Shown here: positions 34,301 through 34,689 of the stretch, piece after piece
Numbering within the stretch: position 1 is the first letter of the stretch
Layout of the letters: each line of letters starts with the position of its first letter
Virus record (IMG/VR): IMGVR_UViG_3300024520_000266
Span: 1 to 34,689 of that record
Length of the DNA stretch: 34,689 bases
From: a virus
Taxonomy: Duplodnaviria; Caudoviricetes
Reading direction: 5' to 3' (one strand)
Made by a program: the position numbers and the translations under genes
The notes under the pieces: generated by a model
What the model was told of the DNA's origin: nothing
Databases searched by the model: none
What the model saw: the letters and a program-made list of their open reading frames with translations, nothing else

Positions 34301-34687
34301 TTATGTCGCCCTCGTTATCGAGGTCGGCGTCGTGGCGTCATCGAGTGTATACGTCGCCGCCGTTGTCGATCCGTCGCGTTTCTTCACTGTTTTCGTCATG
34401 TCTGCGATAGCGAACTCGCTCACGCTTTGGCAAATCTCGTACAGAGCCTGCGCGACAGTGAACGTCGCCCCGTCAGCGGCATAAGCCTCCGTCATGGCCG
34501 TCGTGAGTACACCATTTGAAATCTGCGACACCGGATGAACGTGAGTTGACAGGATGACAAACTCATCATTATCGGCGGGGGCGGACGTTAGCGCCTCGTC
34601 CAGCGTAATCGTTCCGTTTGCGTTGGCGAAATCTGCGATAGGCTTAGCCTGTCCAGCAAGCGATCCTGAAGTGAACACCAGAACGCA
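34301..34687 (-). CDS. 3' part of a virion structural protein, truncated by the window edge
   Basis: Frame is open to the edge; Thr/Ala-rich, ends TYTLDDATTPTSITRAT. Confidence 0.7.
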   Translation of the reverse strand, partial: CVLVFTSGSLAGQAKPIADFANANGTITLDEALTSAPADNDEFVILSTHVHPVSQISNGVLTTAMTEAYAADGATFTVAQALYEICQSVSEFAIADMTKTVKKRDGSTTAATYTLDDATTPTSITRAT

Positions 34688-34689
34688 AT

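Overview
This window is about 34.7 kb of a GC-rich tailed dsDNA phage or prophage with a siphovirus-like gene set. Essentially every real gene is on the minus strand. Read in transcription order (right to left): a tail module (tail completion, tail tube, frameshifting tail-assembly chaperone pair, tape measure, distal tail, a 1070-aa repeat protein, hub, fibre); a GT4 glycosyltransferase and two small secreted proteins; a terminator and an early sigma70-like promoter; early/recombination genes (DUF932-like, CsrA-like, PD-(D/E)XK exonuclease, putative annealase); replication genes (initiator with an internal iteron origin, loader-like protein); RimI; RusA; tandem terminators; a late-type promoter; a ParB-like protein, C5 DNA methyltransferase, terminase subunits, a hidden HTH gene and the portal; then a papain-like peptidase plus membrane-protein cluster. 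No integrase, repressor, capsid, tRNA or CRISPR array is visible. The RimI, CsrA and small secreted proteins resemble Planctomycetota proteins, so a planctomycete host is inferred. The most striking feature is a complete R-S-ExE ADP-ribosyltransferase domain in frame with the portal, separated from it by a single UGA. It has no ATG/GTG/TTG upstream of the domain's N-terminal helix, and a stem-loop follows the UGA directly. This suggests a readthrough-made portal-toxin fusion. All family assignments come from motif recognition by eye; no searches were run.
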